A stretch of 64,000 nucleotides of DNA from positions 30,814,001 through 30,878,000 of the forward strand of contig OZ024754.1 in NCBI GenBank assembly GCA_964016885.1, read 5' to 3'. This stretch comes from Eledone cirrhosa (taxonomy: Eukaryota). Under the pieces are notes generated by a model, which had not been told where the DNA came from, made no database searches, and saw only the letters and a list, made by a program, of their open reading frames with translations. The position numbers and the translations under genes are program-made. This document shows, one piece after another, positions 40,366 to 56,272 of the stretch (its first letter is position 1; each line of letters starts with the position of its first letter).

Positions 40366-40423
40366 TTTTATCTGATGAAAGCGTACCAAAGTTTTTGGTA
40401 CCCTTGAAATATATATAATAGAA
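40366..40423 (+). ncRNA. Type I hammerhead ribozyme motif with palindromic helix III
   Basis: TTTTAT-CTGATGA(40372-40378)-AAG C GTACCAAA gtt TTTGGTAC C CTT-GAA-ATATATAT-A(40417)-ATAGAA. Confidence 0.78.
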
Positions 40424-40590
40424 TAAATATGGTTTTATAAATATAGTTTCCATTTATTTAATATCATTGTATATTTACTCCAGAAAACTGTCGAGTGCTC
40501 TGAATCAGTTATAAACATCTATATTTCTTGAATTTCCAACAAATTAAATATCCCTTCTACTTATATATATATATAAGTATATGTATATAA

Positions 40591-40689
<99 letters not shown>

Positions 40690-40728
40690 AAAATATCAGC
40701 ATGGAAAAACTGATTTAAAATGATGATG

Positions 40729-40778
<50 letters not shown>

Positions 40779-40783
<5 letters not shown>

Positions 40784-40913
40784 AACAAGTAAGACCCCGA
40801 CGGCTGAGCTCAAGCCGTCGGGATCTTACTTGTTCCTATTACCCACTCTACTACACTAAGTATTGAGTACTTTGGTTTTATGGTCCACCTGGTTCCTTAC
40901 CACATTTCCTTCG

Positions 40914-40915
<2 letters not shown>
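40779..40915 (+). mobile_element. (TA)n-flanked family C element folded back at hammerhead helix III
   Basis: ATAGGAACAAGTAAGACCCCGACGGCT-GAGCTCA-AGCCGTCGGGATCTTACTTGTTCCTAT plus tail. Homologous to 60537-60727. Confidence 0.7.
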
Positions 40916-40961
<46 letters not shown>

Positions 40962-41189
40962 ATATATAGAATTCAAAACATTTGCACTCACACTTACGTA
41001 TGTGTACATATATATATATATGCACACACCCACCAAAAATATTTATAAACATACACACATACACATACATAACCTCTCTCTCTCTCTCACAGCAGACACT
41101 GACACACACACATAGCCTGAATTTAGTCAACTGAATCAGACAGACAAACAAGGCCAACAGCCAACACCATATTCTTTCAGTAACAGATG

Positions 41190-41605
41190 ATGTCCCCTAA
41201 AAATATACAATATCCCCTAAAAATATGTTCCCTAAAAATATATAATGTCTCCTAAATATATTTAATGTCCCCTAAAAATATATAATTGTTTCTACTTTTT
41301 GGCACAAGGCTAGCAATTACCCAGTGCATTATTGGTACTTTAATTTATCGACCCCGTAAGGATGAAAGGCAAAGTTAACCTCGGCGGGATTTGAACTCAG
41401 AATGGCAAGGGCCGTAACTCTATGCATCAAAGCAAGGCGTCCGGACCTCTACCGATACTGCCAATCCACCGCCCTGAAAATATATAATGTCCCCCAAAAA
41501 TATATAATGTACCCTAAAAATATATAACGTCCCCTAAAATATTTAATGTCCCCCAAAAATATATGCTGTCCCCAAAAATATACAATGTCCCCTAAAAATA
41601 CATAA
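41190..41605. repeat. ~20-bp minisatellite TGTCCCCTAAAAATATATAA interrupted by a SINE
   Basis: Direct reading. Confidence 0.85.
41287..41476 (-). mobile_element. tRNA-derived SINE family 2, full length
   Basis: A box TGGCAGTATCGG, B box GAGTTCAAATCC, body TTTGCCTTTCATCCTTACGGGGTCGATAAA. 12-bp TSD AAAATATATAAT. Confidence 0.85.
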
Positions 41606-41739
41606 TTGAGGAAGGGGATTCCAATAGTGGGGCATGTCCCTTCATTTATCTTGAAGATATTTTTGTATCATTGCTATTTTGAGGTATTCTGTAGTAAAAC
41701 CTTTATTTTGGACATTGACTGCAAACATACACAGCTGAC

Positions 41740-42177
41740 AACAATAACAACAACACTACCAACAACATCACTACCAACAACAACACAACCAACAACATCA
41801 CTACCAACAACAACACAACCAACAACATCACTACCAACACCAACAACACTACCAACAACAACAACACAACCAACACCAACAACACTACCAACACCAACAT
41901 CACTACCAACAACAACACAACCAACACCAACATCACTACCAACAACATCACTACCAACAACAACAACACTACCAACAACAACAACAACAACAACACTACC
42001 AACAGCAACAACACTACTAACAACAACAACACTACCAACAACAACAACACTACCAACAACAACAACAACAACAACAACACTACCAACAACAACAACAACA
42101 CTACCAACAACAACAACAACAACACTACCAACAACAACAACAACAACACTACCAACAACAACAACAACAACACTACC

Positions 42178-42208
<31 letters not shown>

Positions 42209-42225
42209 CCACTAACAACAACACC
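41740..42225. repeat. (ACA)n + CTACC repeat
   Basis: Direct reading. Confidence 0.9.
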
Positions 42226-42677
42226 ATTTATAAGCCTCAATTGCTAATATTTCTATTATTTTTTCTTTCCATTTTCTTTCACACTCTCCCTCTCTCTATC
42301 ACACTCTACTTCTTTCTCCTTCTCTCTCTCTATCACATTCTCCCTCTCTCTATCTAACACACTTTCCTTCCCTCCCTCCTTTCCTTCTACCCTCTCTCTT
42401 CTCACCCCCCCCCCCTTCGTCTAGTATTTTATCACCAATTTTTTTTTAATATTTTCATCCTTTTTGCATCCCCTCCTCTCTCTCTCACTGTATCCCCCTC
42501 TCTCTCTCTCTCTCACTGTATCCCCCCCTCTCTCTCTCTTTTTCACTGTATCCCCCCCTCTCTCTCTCTCTCTCTCTCTCACTGTATCTCTCTCTCTCTC
42601 TCAGATATATATATATATCATCATCATCCACATCACCGTTCAACGTCATGCAGGGTTTGATGGTTCGTCTATATATA

Positions 42678-42753
42678 CAGGGTGTCCCCGAAAAATGTAT
42701 ATACACTTTTATTAGAATGCTGTTTAAGTGTATATACATTTTTGGGGGACACC

Positions 42754-42756
<3 letters not shown>
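42678..42756. mobile_element. 79-bp Tc1/mariner-type MITE
   Basis: ~30-bp TIR CAGGGTGTCCCC.AAAAATGTATATACACTT, TA on both sides. Other copies at 19638 and 59895. Confidence 0.8.
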
Positions 42757-42796
<40 letters not shown>

Positions 42797-42828
42797 TGTG
42801 GAAAATGGACATTAAATGGTGATGATTA

Positions 42829-42905
<77 letters not shown>

Positions 42906-43089
42906 TAAAATCATTTCATCAATTCATCTTTTGCTCTCATTTTTTCCTCACTCTCTCCTCTTTCATCTTTTCCATCTTCTACCTGCTTCATCAGACACAC
43001 ACACACACAGACACATACATTGATGTATGTACACACACATGCACACAGACAGACACTCATTGTTGTATGTACACACACACACACACATG

Positions 43090-44453
43090 CACACATCATA
43101 TACAAACACAACACACACACACATCATATACAAACACAACACACACATCACATCACATCACATACAAACACAACACACACGTCACATACTAACACAACAC
43201 ACACATCACATCACATACAAACACAACACACCCATCACATACAAACACAACACACACACACATCACATACAAACACAACATACACACATCATATACAAAC
43301 ACAACACACAACACACACATCACATACAAACACAACACACACACACATCATATACAAACACAACACAACACACACATCACATACAAACACAACACACATA
43401 CACATCACATACAAACACAACACACACACACATCATATACAAACACAACACACACACACATCATATACAAACACAACACAACACACACATCACATACAAA
43501 CACAACACACACACACATCACATACAAGCACAACACACACACACATCATATACAAACACAACACACACACACATCATATACAAACACAACACACATACAC
43601 ATCACATACAAACACAACACACATACACATCACATACAAACACAACACAACACACACATCACATACAAACACAACACACACACACATCATATACAAACAC
43701 CACACACACATAACATACACACACAACACACATACACACATCATATACAAACACAACACACAACACACACATCACATACAAACACAACACACACACATCA
43801 CATCACACACAATACATACACATGCATCACATACAAACACAACACATACACACACATCACATCACACACAACACATACATATGCATCACATACAAACACA
43901 ACACATCACATCACACACAACACACATCACATCACATCACATCACACAACACATACACACATCACATACAAACACAACACACACACATCACATACACACA
44001 CATCACATACAAACACAACACATACATAACACATACACAGACAACACATACACACACATCACATCACACACAACACATACACATCACACACACACACAAC
44101 ACAGACACTCAAGCACACACATCACACACACATAGATGTATGCACACACATACACACACAACACACACACCAATATATACACCACGCACACACACCAATA
44201 TATACACCACACACACCAATATATACACCACACACACCAATATATACACCCACACACACCAATATATACAACACACACACAGCCATATACACACACATAA
44301 CCATATATACACACACACAGCCATATACAGACACACAGCCATATACACACACATAACCATATATACACACACACACAGCCATATACAGACACAGACACAC
44401 AGCCATATACACACACACAGTCATATACACACACAGTCATATACACACACAGT

Positions 44454-44490
<37 letters not shown>

Positions 44491-44545
44491 CCATTTACAC
44501 ACACAGACACACACACACACAGCCATATACACACACACAGTCATA
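43090..44545. repeat. CA-rich minisatellites (CATCACATACAAACACAACAC and others)
   Basis: Direct reading. Confidence 0.9.
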
Positions 44546-44711
44546 GACACAAGACAGATACGTCCCACCGTTCTGTTCCTGTGTACAGTTTACTGAAATA
44601 TCAACTAAAATAGTTCCGTCTCTGTTTTTACTGGTTCATACTGGTTTATACTGGAATATTTGGCACAGTAGGGGGTGGCATCATTATCATCTATAGACTA
44701 TCATTACATAT

Positions 44712-47642
44712 TCATCACTCATCACTCATCACTCATCATACATCACTCATCACTCACCACTCATCACACATCACTCATGACACATCACTCATCACACATC
44801 ACACATCACTCATCACACATCACACATCACACATCACTCATCACACATCACTCATCACACATCACTCATCACACATCACATATCACACATCACACATCAC
44901 ACATCACACATCACTCATCACACATCACTCATCACACATCACTCATCACACATCACACATCACTCATCACACATCACACATCACACATAACACATCACAC
45001 ATCACTCATAACACATCACACATCACTCATCACACATCATTCATCACACATCACACATCACACATCACTCATCACACATCACACATCACTCATCACACAT
45101 CACTCATCACTCATCACACATCACACATCACACATCACACATCACACATCACTCATCACACATCACACATCACTCATCACACATCACACATCACACATCA
45201 CACATCACACATCACACATCACACATCACTCATCACACATCACTCATCACTCATCACACATCACTCATCACTCATCACACATCACACATCACACATCACT
45301 CATAACACATCACTCATCACACATCACACATCACTCATAACACATCACTCATCACACATCACTCATCACACATCACACATCACTCATCAAACATCACACA
45401 TTACTCATCACACATCACTCATCACACATCACTCATCACTCATCACACATCACTCATCACACATCACTCATAACACATCACTCATCACACATCACACATC
45501 ACTCATAGCACATCACTCGTCACACATCACTCATCACACATCACACATCACTCATCACACATCACACATCACTCATCACACATCACTCATCACTCATCAC
45601 ACATCACTCATCACTCATCACACATCACTCATCACACATCACACATCACTCGTCACACATCACTCATCCCATATCACACATCACTCATCACACATCACAC
45701 ATCACTCATCACACATCACACATCACACATCACACATCACACATCACACATCACTCATCACACATCACTCATCACACATCACTCATCACTCATCACACAT
45801 CACACATCACTCATCACACATCACTCGTCACACATCACTCATCACAAATCACACATCACTCATCACACATCACACATCACTCATCACACATCGCACATCA
45901 CACATCACACATCACACATCACTCATCACACATCACTCATCACACATCACTCATCACTCATCACACATCACTCATCACGCATCACACATCACTCGTCACA
46001 CATCACTCATCCCATATCACACATCACTCATCACACATCACACATCACTCATCACACATCACACATCACACATCACTCATCACACATCACTCATCACACA
46101 TCACTCATCACACATCACACATCACTCATCACACATCACTCGTCACACATCACTCATCCCATATCACACATCACTCATCACACATCACACATCACTCATC
46201 ACACATCACTCATCACACATCACTCATCACTCATCACACATCACACATCACTCATCACACATCACTCGTCACACATCACTCATCCCATATCACACATCAC
46301 TCATCACACATCACACATCACTCATCACACATCGCACATCACACATCACACATCACACATCACTCATCACACATCACTCGTCACACATCACTCATCCCAT
46401 ATCACACATCACTCATCACACATCACACATCACTCATCACACATCACACATCACACATCACACATCACACATCACACATCACTCATCACACATCACTCAT
46501 CACACATCACTCATCACTCATCACACATCACACATCACTCATCACACATCACTCGTCACACATCACTCATCCCATATCACACATCACTCATCACACATCA
46601 CACATCACTCATCACACATCGCACATCACACATCACACATCACACATCACTCATCACACATCACTCATCACACATCACTCATCACTCATCACACATCACT
46701 CATCACACATCACACATCACTCGTCACACATCACTCATCCCATATCACACATCACTCATCACACATCACACATCACTCATCACACATCACACATCACACA
46801 TCACACATCACTCATCACACATCACTCATCACACATCACTCATCACACATCACACATCACTCATCACACATCACTCGTCACACATCACTCATCCCATATC
46901 ACACATCACTCATCACACATCACACATCACACATCACTCATCACACATCGCACATCACACATCACACATCACACATCACACATCACTCATCACACATCAC
47001 TCGTCACACATCACTCATCCCATATCACACATCACTCATCACACATCACACATCACTCATCACACATCGCACATCACACATCACACATCACACATCACAC
47101 ATCACTCATCACACATCACACATCACACATCACACATCACACATCACTCATCACACATCACTCGTCACACATCACTCATCCCATATCACACATCACTCAT
47201 CACACATCACACATCACACATCACTCATCACACATCGCACATCACACATCACACATCACACATCACTCATCACACATCACTCATCACACATCACACATCA
47301 CACATCACTCATCACACATCACTCATCACACATCACTCATCACACATCACACATCACTCATCACACATCACTCGTCACACATCACTCATCCCATATCACA
47401 CATCACTCATCACACATCACACATCACTCATCACACATCGCACATCACACATCACACATCACACATCACACATCACTCATCACACATCACTCGTCACACA
47501 TCACTCATCCCATATCACACATCACTCATCACACATCGCACATCACTCATCACACATCACACATCACTCATCACACATCACTCGTCACACATCACTCATC
47601 CCATATCACACATCACTCATCACACATCGCACATCACTCATC
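44712..47642. repeat. 7-bp satellite CATCAC(A/T) with recurrent higher-order blocks
   Basis: Marker variants CGTCACA..CATCCCATATCACA and CATCGCA recur as blocks. Confidence 0.95.
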
Positions 47643-48107
47643 TCTCATCACCTTTCATCATCATTATCATCTTTATAATCATCTTATTCAACATCATCTT
47701 TTCACAAGTGTTTTCATCCATACCGCCACTACCATCATCACCAACACCACCATCACAATCATAACCATCATCACCGCCACTGCCACCATCACCACCATCA
47801 CAGCCATCGCCACCACCACCATCACAACCATCGCCACCACCATCACCACCATCAAACCTCCATAGAACAAACTACCTGCATCAGTTGTTAGCTGTCGAGA
47901 CACTGCATCCTTTAAGGCCCCCATGCTTCCCGAGATTCACCAACACTACACCTAATATTCCCCCTCCATACACATACACACATGTATATCATGACTCATA
48001 CACTATTCACTTCCCTGACATTTGTATATTATTAGTGTACCTGAGCACAGTACACAATAATTTCATTGGTGGATTGGCAGTATCGGTAGAGGGTCGGACG
48101 CCATGCT

Positions 48108-48313
48108 AGGGTGGTGGATTGGCAGAATCGGTAGAGGGTCGGACGCCATGCTTTGACGCAAAGAGTTACGGCCGTTTACGGTCTGAGTTCAAATCCCTCT
48201 GAGGTTAACTTTGCCTTTCATCCTTACGGGGTCGATGAAATAAAGTACCAGTAATGCATTGGGATAATTGCTGGCCTTGTGCCAAAAGTAGAAATAATAA
48301 TAATTATTATTAT
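48108..48313 (+). mobile_element. tRNA-derived SINE family 2, full length, with duplicated head
   Basis: A and B boxes, same body as 41287 and 57518, (TAA/TTA) tail. 48067-48107 repeats the first ~40 nt. Confidence 0.85.
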
Positions 48314-51300
48314 TATATAACCACACGCAATATAATGTAAAAACATTGGATATATTCCCTACATATTACCATATAATCATATAACCACATGTAATACAGT
48401 GAAGATTCATTGGATATATTCACTACATGTAACCACATGTAATGCATTGAAGATTCATTGGATTTATTCACTACATATAACCAGATGTAATACAGTGAGG
48501 ATTCATTGGATATATTCAGTACATATAACCAGATGTAATACAGTGTAGAAACAGTAGATATATTCACTACATATTACCACATGTAATACAGTGTAGAAAC
48601 AGTAGATATATTCACTTTATATAACCACATGTAATACAGTGTAGAAACAGTAGATATATTCACTTTATATAACCACATGTAATACAGTGTAGAAACAGTA
48701 GATATATTCACTACATATAACCAGATGTAATACAGTGTAGAAACAGTAGATATATTTCCTACATATAACCACATGTAATACAGTGTAGAAACAGTAGATA
48801 TATTCACTACATATAACCAGATGTAATACAGTGTAGTAACAGTAGACATATTCCCTATATATTACCACATGTAATACAGTGTAGAAACAGTAGATATATT
48901 CCCTACATATAACCAGATGTAATACAGTTTAGAAACAGTAGATATATTCCCTACATATAACCACATGTAATACAGTGTAGAAACAGTAGATATATTCACT
49001 ACATATTACCAGATGTAATACAGTGTAGAAACAGTAGATATATTTCCTACATATAACCAGATGTAATACAGTTTAGAAACAGTAGATATATTCACTACAT
49101 ATTACCAGATGTAATACAGTGTAGAAACAGTAGATATATTCCCTACATATAACCACATGTAATACAGTGTAGAAACAGTAGATATATTCACTACATATAA
49201 CCAGATGTAATACAGTGTAGAAACAGTAGATATATTCCCTACATATAACCAGATGTAATACAGTTTAGAAACAGTAGATATATTCACTACATATTACCAG
49301 ATGTAATACAGTATAGAAACAGTAGATATATTCCCTACATATTACCACATGTAATACAGTGTAGAAACAGTAGATATATTCACTACATATTACCAGATGT
49401 AATACAGTGTAGAAACAGTAGATATATTCCCTACATATAACCAGATGTAATACAGTGTAGAAACAGTAGATATATTCCCTACATATAACCAGATGTAATA
49501 CAGTGTAGAAACAGTAGATATATTTCCTACATATAACCAGATGTAATACAGTGTAGAAACAGTAGATATATTCCCTACATATAACCAGATGTAATACAGT
49601 TTAGAAACAGTAGATATATTTCCTACATATTACCACATGTAATACAGTGTAGAAAGAGTAGATATATTCACTACATATAACCACATGTAATACAGTGTAG
49701 AAACAGTAGACATATTCCTTACATATTACCAAATGTAATACAGTGTAGAAACAGTAGATATATTCACTACATATAACCAGATGTAATACAGTGTAGAAAC
49801 AGTAGATATATTCCCTACATATTACCAGATGTAATACAGTGTAAAAACAGTAGATATATTCACTACATATAACCAGATGTAATACAGTGTAGAAACAGTA
49901 GATATATTCCCTACATATAACCAGATGTAATACAGTGTAGAAACAGTAGATATATTCCCTACATATAACCACATGTAATACAGTGTAGAAAGAGTAGACA
50001 TATTCCCTACATATTACCAGATGTAATACAGTGTAAAAACAGTAGATATATTCTCTACATATAACCAGATGTAATACAGTGTAGAAACAGTAGACATATT
50101 CCCTACATATAACCAGATGTAATACAGTGTAGAAACAGTAGACATATTCCCTACATATTACCAGATGTAATACAGTGTAGAAACAGTAGACATATTCCCT
50201 ACATATAACTACATGTAATACAGTGTAGAACCAGTAGATATATTCACTACATATAACCAGATGTAATACAGTGTAGAAACAGTAGATATATTCACTACAT
50301 ATAACCAGATGTAATACAGTGTAGAAACAGTAGATATATTCACTACATATAACCAGATGTAATACAGTGTAGAAACAGTAGATATATTCACTACATATAA
50401 CCAGATGTCAAATAGTGTAGAAACAGTAGATATATTCACTACATATAACCAGATGTAATACAGTGTAGAAACAGTAGATATATTCACTACATATAACCAT
50501 ATAACCAGATGTAATACAGTGTAGAAACAGTAGATATGTTCCCTACATATTACCACATGTAATACAGTGTAGAAACAGTAGATATATTCACTACATATAA
50601 CCAGATGTCAAATAGTGTAGAAACAGTAGATATATTCACTACATATAACCATATAACCAGATGTAATACAGTGTAGAAAGAGTAGATATATTCCTTACAT
50701 ATTACCACATGTAATACAGTGTAGAAACAGTAGATATATTCACTACATATTACCAGATGTAATACAGTGTAGAAACAGTAGATATATTCCTTACATATTA
50801 CCAGATGTAATACAGTGTAGAAACAGTAGATATATTCACTACATATAACCAGATGTAATACAGTGTAGAAACAGTAGATATATTCCCTACATATAACCAG
50901 ATGTAATACAGTGTAGAAACAGTAGATATATTCCCTACATATTACCACATGTAATACAGTGTAGAAACAGTAGATATATTCACTACATATTACCACATGT
51001 AATACAGTGTAGAAACAGTAGATATATTCACTACATATAACCAGATGTAATACAGTGTAGAAACAGTAGATATATTCACTTTATATAACCACATGTAACA
51101 CAGTGTAGAAACAGTAGATATATTCACTACATATAACCAGATGTAATACAGTGTAGAAACAGTAGATATATTTCCTACATATAACCAGATGTAATACAGT
51201 GTAGAAACAGTAGATATATTCACTACATATAACCACATGTAATACAGTGTAGAAACAGTAGATATATTCACTTCATATAACCACATGTAATACAGTGTAG

Positions 51301-54300
51301 AAAGAGTAGATATATTCACTACATATAACCAGATGTAATACAGTGTAGTAACAGTAGATATATTCACTTCATATAACCACATGTAATACAGTGTAGAAAG
51401 AGTAGATATATTCACTACATATAACCAGATGTAATACAGTGTAGAAACAGTAGATATATTCACTACATATAACCAGATGTAATACAGTGTAGAAACAGTA
51501 GATATATTCACTTCATATAACCACATGTAATACAGTGTAGAAACAGCAGATATATTCACTACATATAACCAGATGTAATACAGTGTAGAAAGAGTAGATA
51601 TATTCACTACATATAACCAGATGTAATACAGTGTAGAAAGAGTATATATATTCACTACATATAACCAGATGTAATACAGTGTAGTAACAGTAGATATATT
51701 CACTACATATAACCAGATGTAATACAGTGTAGAAAGAGTAGATATATTCACTACATATAACCAGATGTAATACTGTGTAGAAACAGTAGATATATTCACT
51801 ACATATAACCAGATGTAATACAGTGTAGAAACAGTAGATATATTCACTACATATAACCAGATGTAATACAGTGTAGAAACAGTAGATATATTCACTACAT
51901 ATAACCAGATGTAATACAGTGTAGTAACAGTAGATATATTCACTACATATTACCAGATGTAATACAGTGTAGAGACAGTAGATATATTCACTACATATAA
52001 CCAGATGTAATACAGTGTAGAAACAGTAGATATATTCACTACATATAACCACATGTAATACAGTGTAGAAACAGTAGATATATTCACTACATATAACCAG
52101 ATGTAATACTGTGTAGAAACAGTAGATATATTCACTACATATAACCAGATGTAATACAGTGTAGAAACAGTAGATATATTCACTACATATAACCAGATGT
52201 AATACAGTGTAGAAACAGTAGATATATTTCCTACATATACCACATGTAATACAGTGTAGAAACAGTAGATATATTCACTACATATTACCAGATGTAAAAC
52301 AGTGTAGAAACAGTAGATATATTCCCTACATATAACCAGATGTAATACAGTGTAGAAACAGTAGATATATTCACTACATATTACCAGATGTAATACAGTG
52401 TAGAAACAGTAGATATATTCCCTACATATAACCAGATGTAATACAGTGTAGAAACAGTAGATATATTTCCTACATATTACCAGATGTAAAACAGTGTAGA
52501 AACAGTAGATATATTCACTACATATAACCACATGTAATACAGTATAGAAACAGTAGATATATTCACTACATATAACCAGATGTAATACAGTGTAGAAACA
52601 GTAGATATATTCACTACATATTACCAGATGTAATACAGTGTAGAAACAGTAGATATATTCACTACATATAACCAGATGTAATACAGTGTAGAAACAGTAG
52701 ATATATTCACTACATATTACCAGATGTAATACAGTGTAGAAACAGTAGATATATTCACTACATATTACCAGATGTAATACAGTGTAGAAACAGTAGATAT
52801 ATTCACTACATATCACCAGATGTAATACAGTGTAGAAACAGTAGATATATTCACTACATATTACCAGATGTAATACAGTGTAGAAACAGTAGATATATTC
52901 ACTACATATTACCAGATGTAATACAGTGTAGAAACAGTAGATATATTCACTACATATAACCTCATGTAATACAGTGTAGAAACAGTAGATATATTCACTA
53001 CATATAACCAGATGAAATACAGTGTAGAAACAGTAGATATATTCCCTACATATAACCAGATGTAATACAGTGTAGAAACAGTAGATATATTCACTACATA
53101 TTACCAGATGTAATACAGTGTAGAAACAGTAGATATATTCACTACATATTACCAGATGTAATACAGTGTAGAAACAGTAGATATATTCACTACATATAAC
53201 CAGATGTAATACAGTGTAGAAACAGTAGATATATTCACTACATATAACCACATGTAATACAGTGTAGAAACAGTAGATATATTCACTTCATATAACCACA
53301 TGTAATACAGTGTAGAAAGAGTAGATATATTCACTACATATAACCAGATGTAATACAGTGTAGTAACAGTAGATATATTCACTTCATATAACCACATGTA
53401 ATACAGTGTAGAAAGAGTAGATATATTCACTACATATAACCAGATGTAATACAGTGTAGAAACAGTAGATATATTCACTACATATAACCAGATGTAATAC
53501 AGTGTAGAAACAGTAGATATATTCACTACATATAACCACATGTAATACAGTGTAGAAACAGTAGATATATTCACTTCATATAACCACATGTAATACAGTG
53601 TAGAAAGAGTAGATATATTCACTACATATAACCAGATGTAATACAGTGTAGTAACAGTAGATATATTCACTACATATAACTAGATGTAATACAGTGTAGA
53701 AAGAGTAGATATATTCACTACATATAACCAGATGTAATACTGTGTAGAAACAGTAGATATATTCACTACATATAACCAGATGTAATACAGTGTAGAAACA
53801 GTAGATATATTCACTACATATAACCAGATGTAATACAGTGTAGAAACAGTAGATATATTCACTACATATAACCAGATGTAATACAGTGTAGTAACAGTAG
53901 ATATATTCACTACATATTACCAGATGTAATACAGTGTAGAGACAGTAGATATATTCACTACATATAACCAGATGTAATACAGTGTAGAAACAGTAGATAT
54001 ATTCACTACATATTACCAGATGTAATACTGTGTAGAAACAGTAGATATATTCACTACATATAACCAGATGTAATACAGTGTAGAAACAGTAGATATATTC
54101 ACTACATATAACCAGATGTAATACAGTGTAGAAACAGTAGATATATTTCCTACATATACCACATGTAATACAGTGTAGAAACAGTAGATATATTCACTAC
54201 ATATAACCAGATGTAATACTGTGTAGAAACAGTAGATATATTCACTACATATAACCAGATGTAATACAGTGTAGAAACAGTAGATATATTTCCTACATAT

Positions 54301-55817
54301 ACCACATGTAATACAGTGTAGAAACAGTAGATATATTCACTACATATTACCAGATGTAAAACAGTGTAGAAACAGTAGATATATTCCCTACATATAACCA
54401 GATGTAATACAGTGTAGAAACAGTAGATATATTCACTACATATTACCAGATGTAATACTGTGTAGAAACAGTAGATATATTCACTACATATAACCAGATG
54501 TAATACAGTGTAGAAACAGTAGATATATTCACTACATATAACCAGATGTAATACAGTGTAGAAACAGTAGATATATTTCCTACATATACCACATGTAATA
54601 CAGTGTAGAAACAGTAGATATATTCACTACATATAACCAGATGTAATACTGTGTAGAAACAGTAGATATATTCACTACATATAACCAGATGTAATACAGT
54701 GTAGAAACAGTAGATATATTTCCTACATATACCACATGTAATACAGTGTAGAAACAGTAGATATATTCACTACATATTACCAGATGTAAAACAGTGTAGA
54801 AACAGTAGATATATTCCCTACATATAACCAGATGTAATACAGTGTAGAAACAGTAGATATATTCACTACATATTACCAGATGTAATACTGTGTAGAAACA
54901 GTAGATATATTCACTACATATAACCAGATGTAATACAGTGTAGAAACAGTAGATATATTCACTACATATAACCAGATGTAATACAGTGTAGAAACAGTAG
55001 ATATATTTCCTACATATACCACATGTAATACAGTGTAGAAACAGTAGATATATTCACTACATATAACCAGATGTAATACTGTGTAGAAACAGTAGATATA
55101 TTCACTACATATAACCAGATGTAATACAGTGTAGAAACAGTAGATATATTCACTACATATAACCAGATGTAATACAGTGTAGAAACAGTAGATATATTCA
55201 CTACATATTACCAGATGTAATACAGTGTAGAAACAGTAGATATATTCACTACATATTACCAGATGTAATACAGTGTAGAAACAGTAGATATATTCACTAC
55301 ATATAACCTCATGTAATACAGTGTAGAAACAGTAGATATATTCACTACATATAACCAGATGAAATACAGTGTAGAAACAGTAGATATATTCCCTACATAT
55401 AACCAGATGTAATACAGTGTAGAAACAGTAGATATATTCACTACATATTATCAGATGTAATACAGTGTAGAAACAGTAGATATATTCACTACATATTACC
55501 AGATGTAATACAGTGTAGAAACAGTAGATATATTCACTACATATAACCAGATGTAATACAGTGTAGAAACAGTAGATATATTCACTACATATAACCAGAT
55601 GTAATACAGTGTAGAAACAGTAGATATATTCACTACATATTACCAGATGTAATACAGTGTAGCAACAGTAGATATATTCACTACATATTACCAGATGTAA
55701 TACAGTGTAGAAACAGTAGATATATTCACTACATATAACCAGATGTCATATAGTGTAGAAACAGTTGATATATTCCCTACATATAACCATATTACCAGAT
55801 GTAATACAGTGTAGAAA
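48314..55817. repeat. 48-bp satellite, ~155 copies
   Basis: ATATAACCAGATGTAATACAGTGTAGAAACAGTAGATATATTCACTAC. Confidence 0.97.
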
Positions 55818-56112
55818 TTAGATGTTCGATGCCACATGGTTACCATCTTTGCTGCCTTCATTTCTTCATATTTCTTTAATGTGTGTATATAATGATATAC
55901 TCACAATTATGCATCAACTTTTTTCTTTTAAAATGTTTACATTATACATGAGTGTGTATATGTGTATGTGTATGTGTGTGTGTGTGTGTGTATATAAATC
56001 AATGTATACATGTGTATATATTTCAACACGAATGGACCTGTTATTTTTATCTAAAGACATTTTTTCCAATTCCATCCAGCCTGTCCCCTCAATCTATTTT
56101 ATTTGTCATTCT

Positions 56113-56149
56113 TTCTTTGGATGAAGGACTGGCGTCCGAAACGTTAAGA
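56113..56149 (+). ncRNA. Degenerate minimal hammerhead, family E
   Basis: TCTT-TGGATGA (CTGATGA mutated)-A-GGAC TGGC GTCC-GAAA-CG-TTA-AGA. Confidence 0.55.
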
Positions 56150-56240
56150 CCCTCTTCCTGCTATATCAAGCGTTAATCTAATATATACCTTCCATATACT
56201 GTACCGATTGTGTTGTTATTTCTGTTTACCTTTTACATAC

Positions 56241-56272
<32 letters not shown>

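Larger units (their letters stand above)
40141..40562. mobile_element. (TA)n-flanked fold-back hammerhead element, family D
   Basis: 132-bp apparently perfect arms 40141-40272 and 40337-40468, an inner inverted repeat at 40269-40326, and a one-sided tail 40469-40562 with ACTC..GAGT. Confidence 0.82.

Noticed and set aside
48108-48200. tRNA gene
   Set aside because: A and B boxes are present but continue into a SINE body found in four copies with TSDs. No full cloverleaf.
48314-55817. CRISPR-like array or repeat-protein gene
   Set aside because: Head-to-tail monomers with no unique spacers, no cas genes, eukaryotic context, and ORFs broken by frequent stops.
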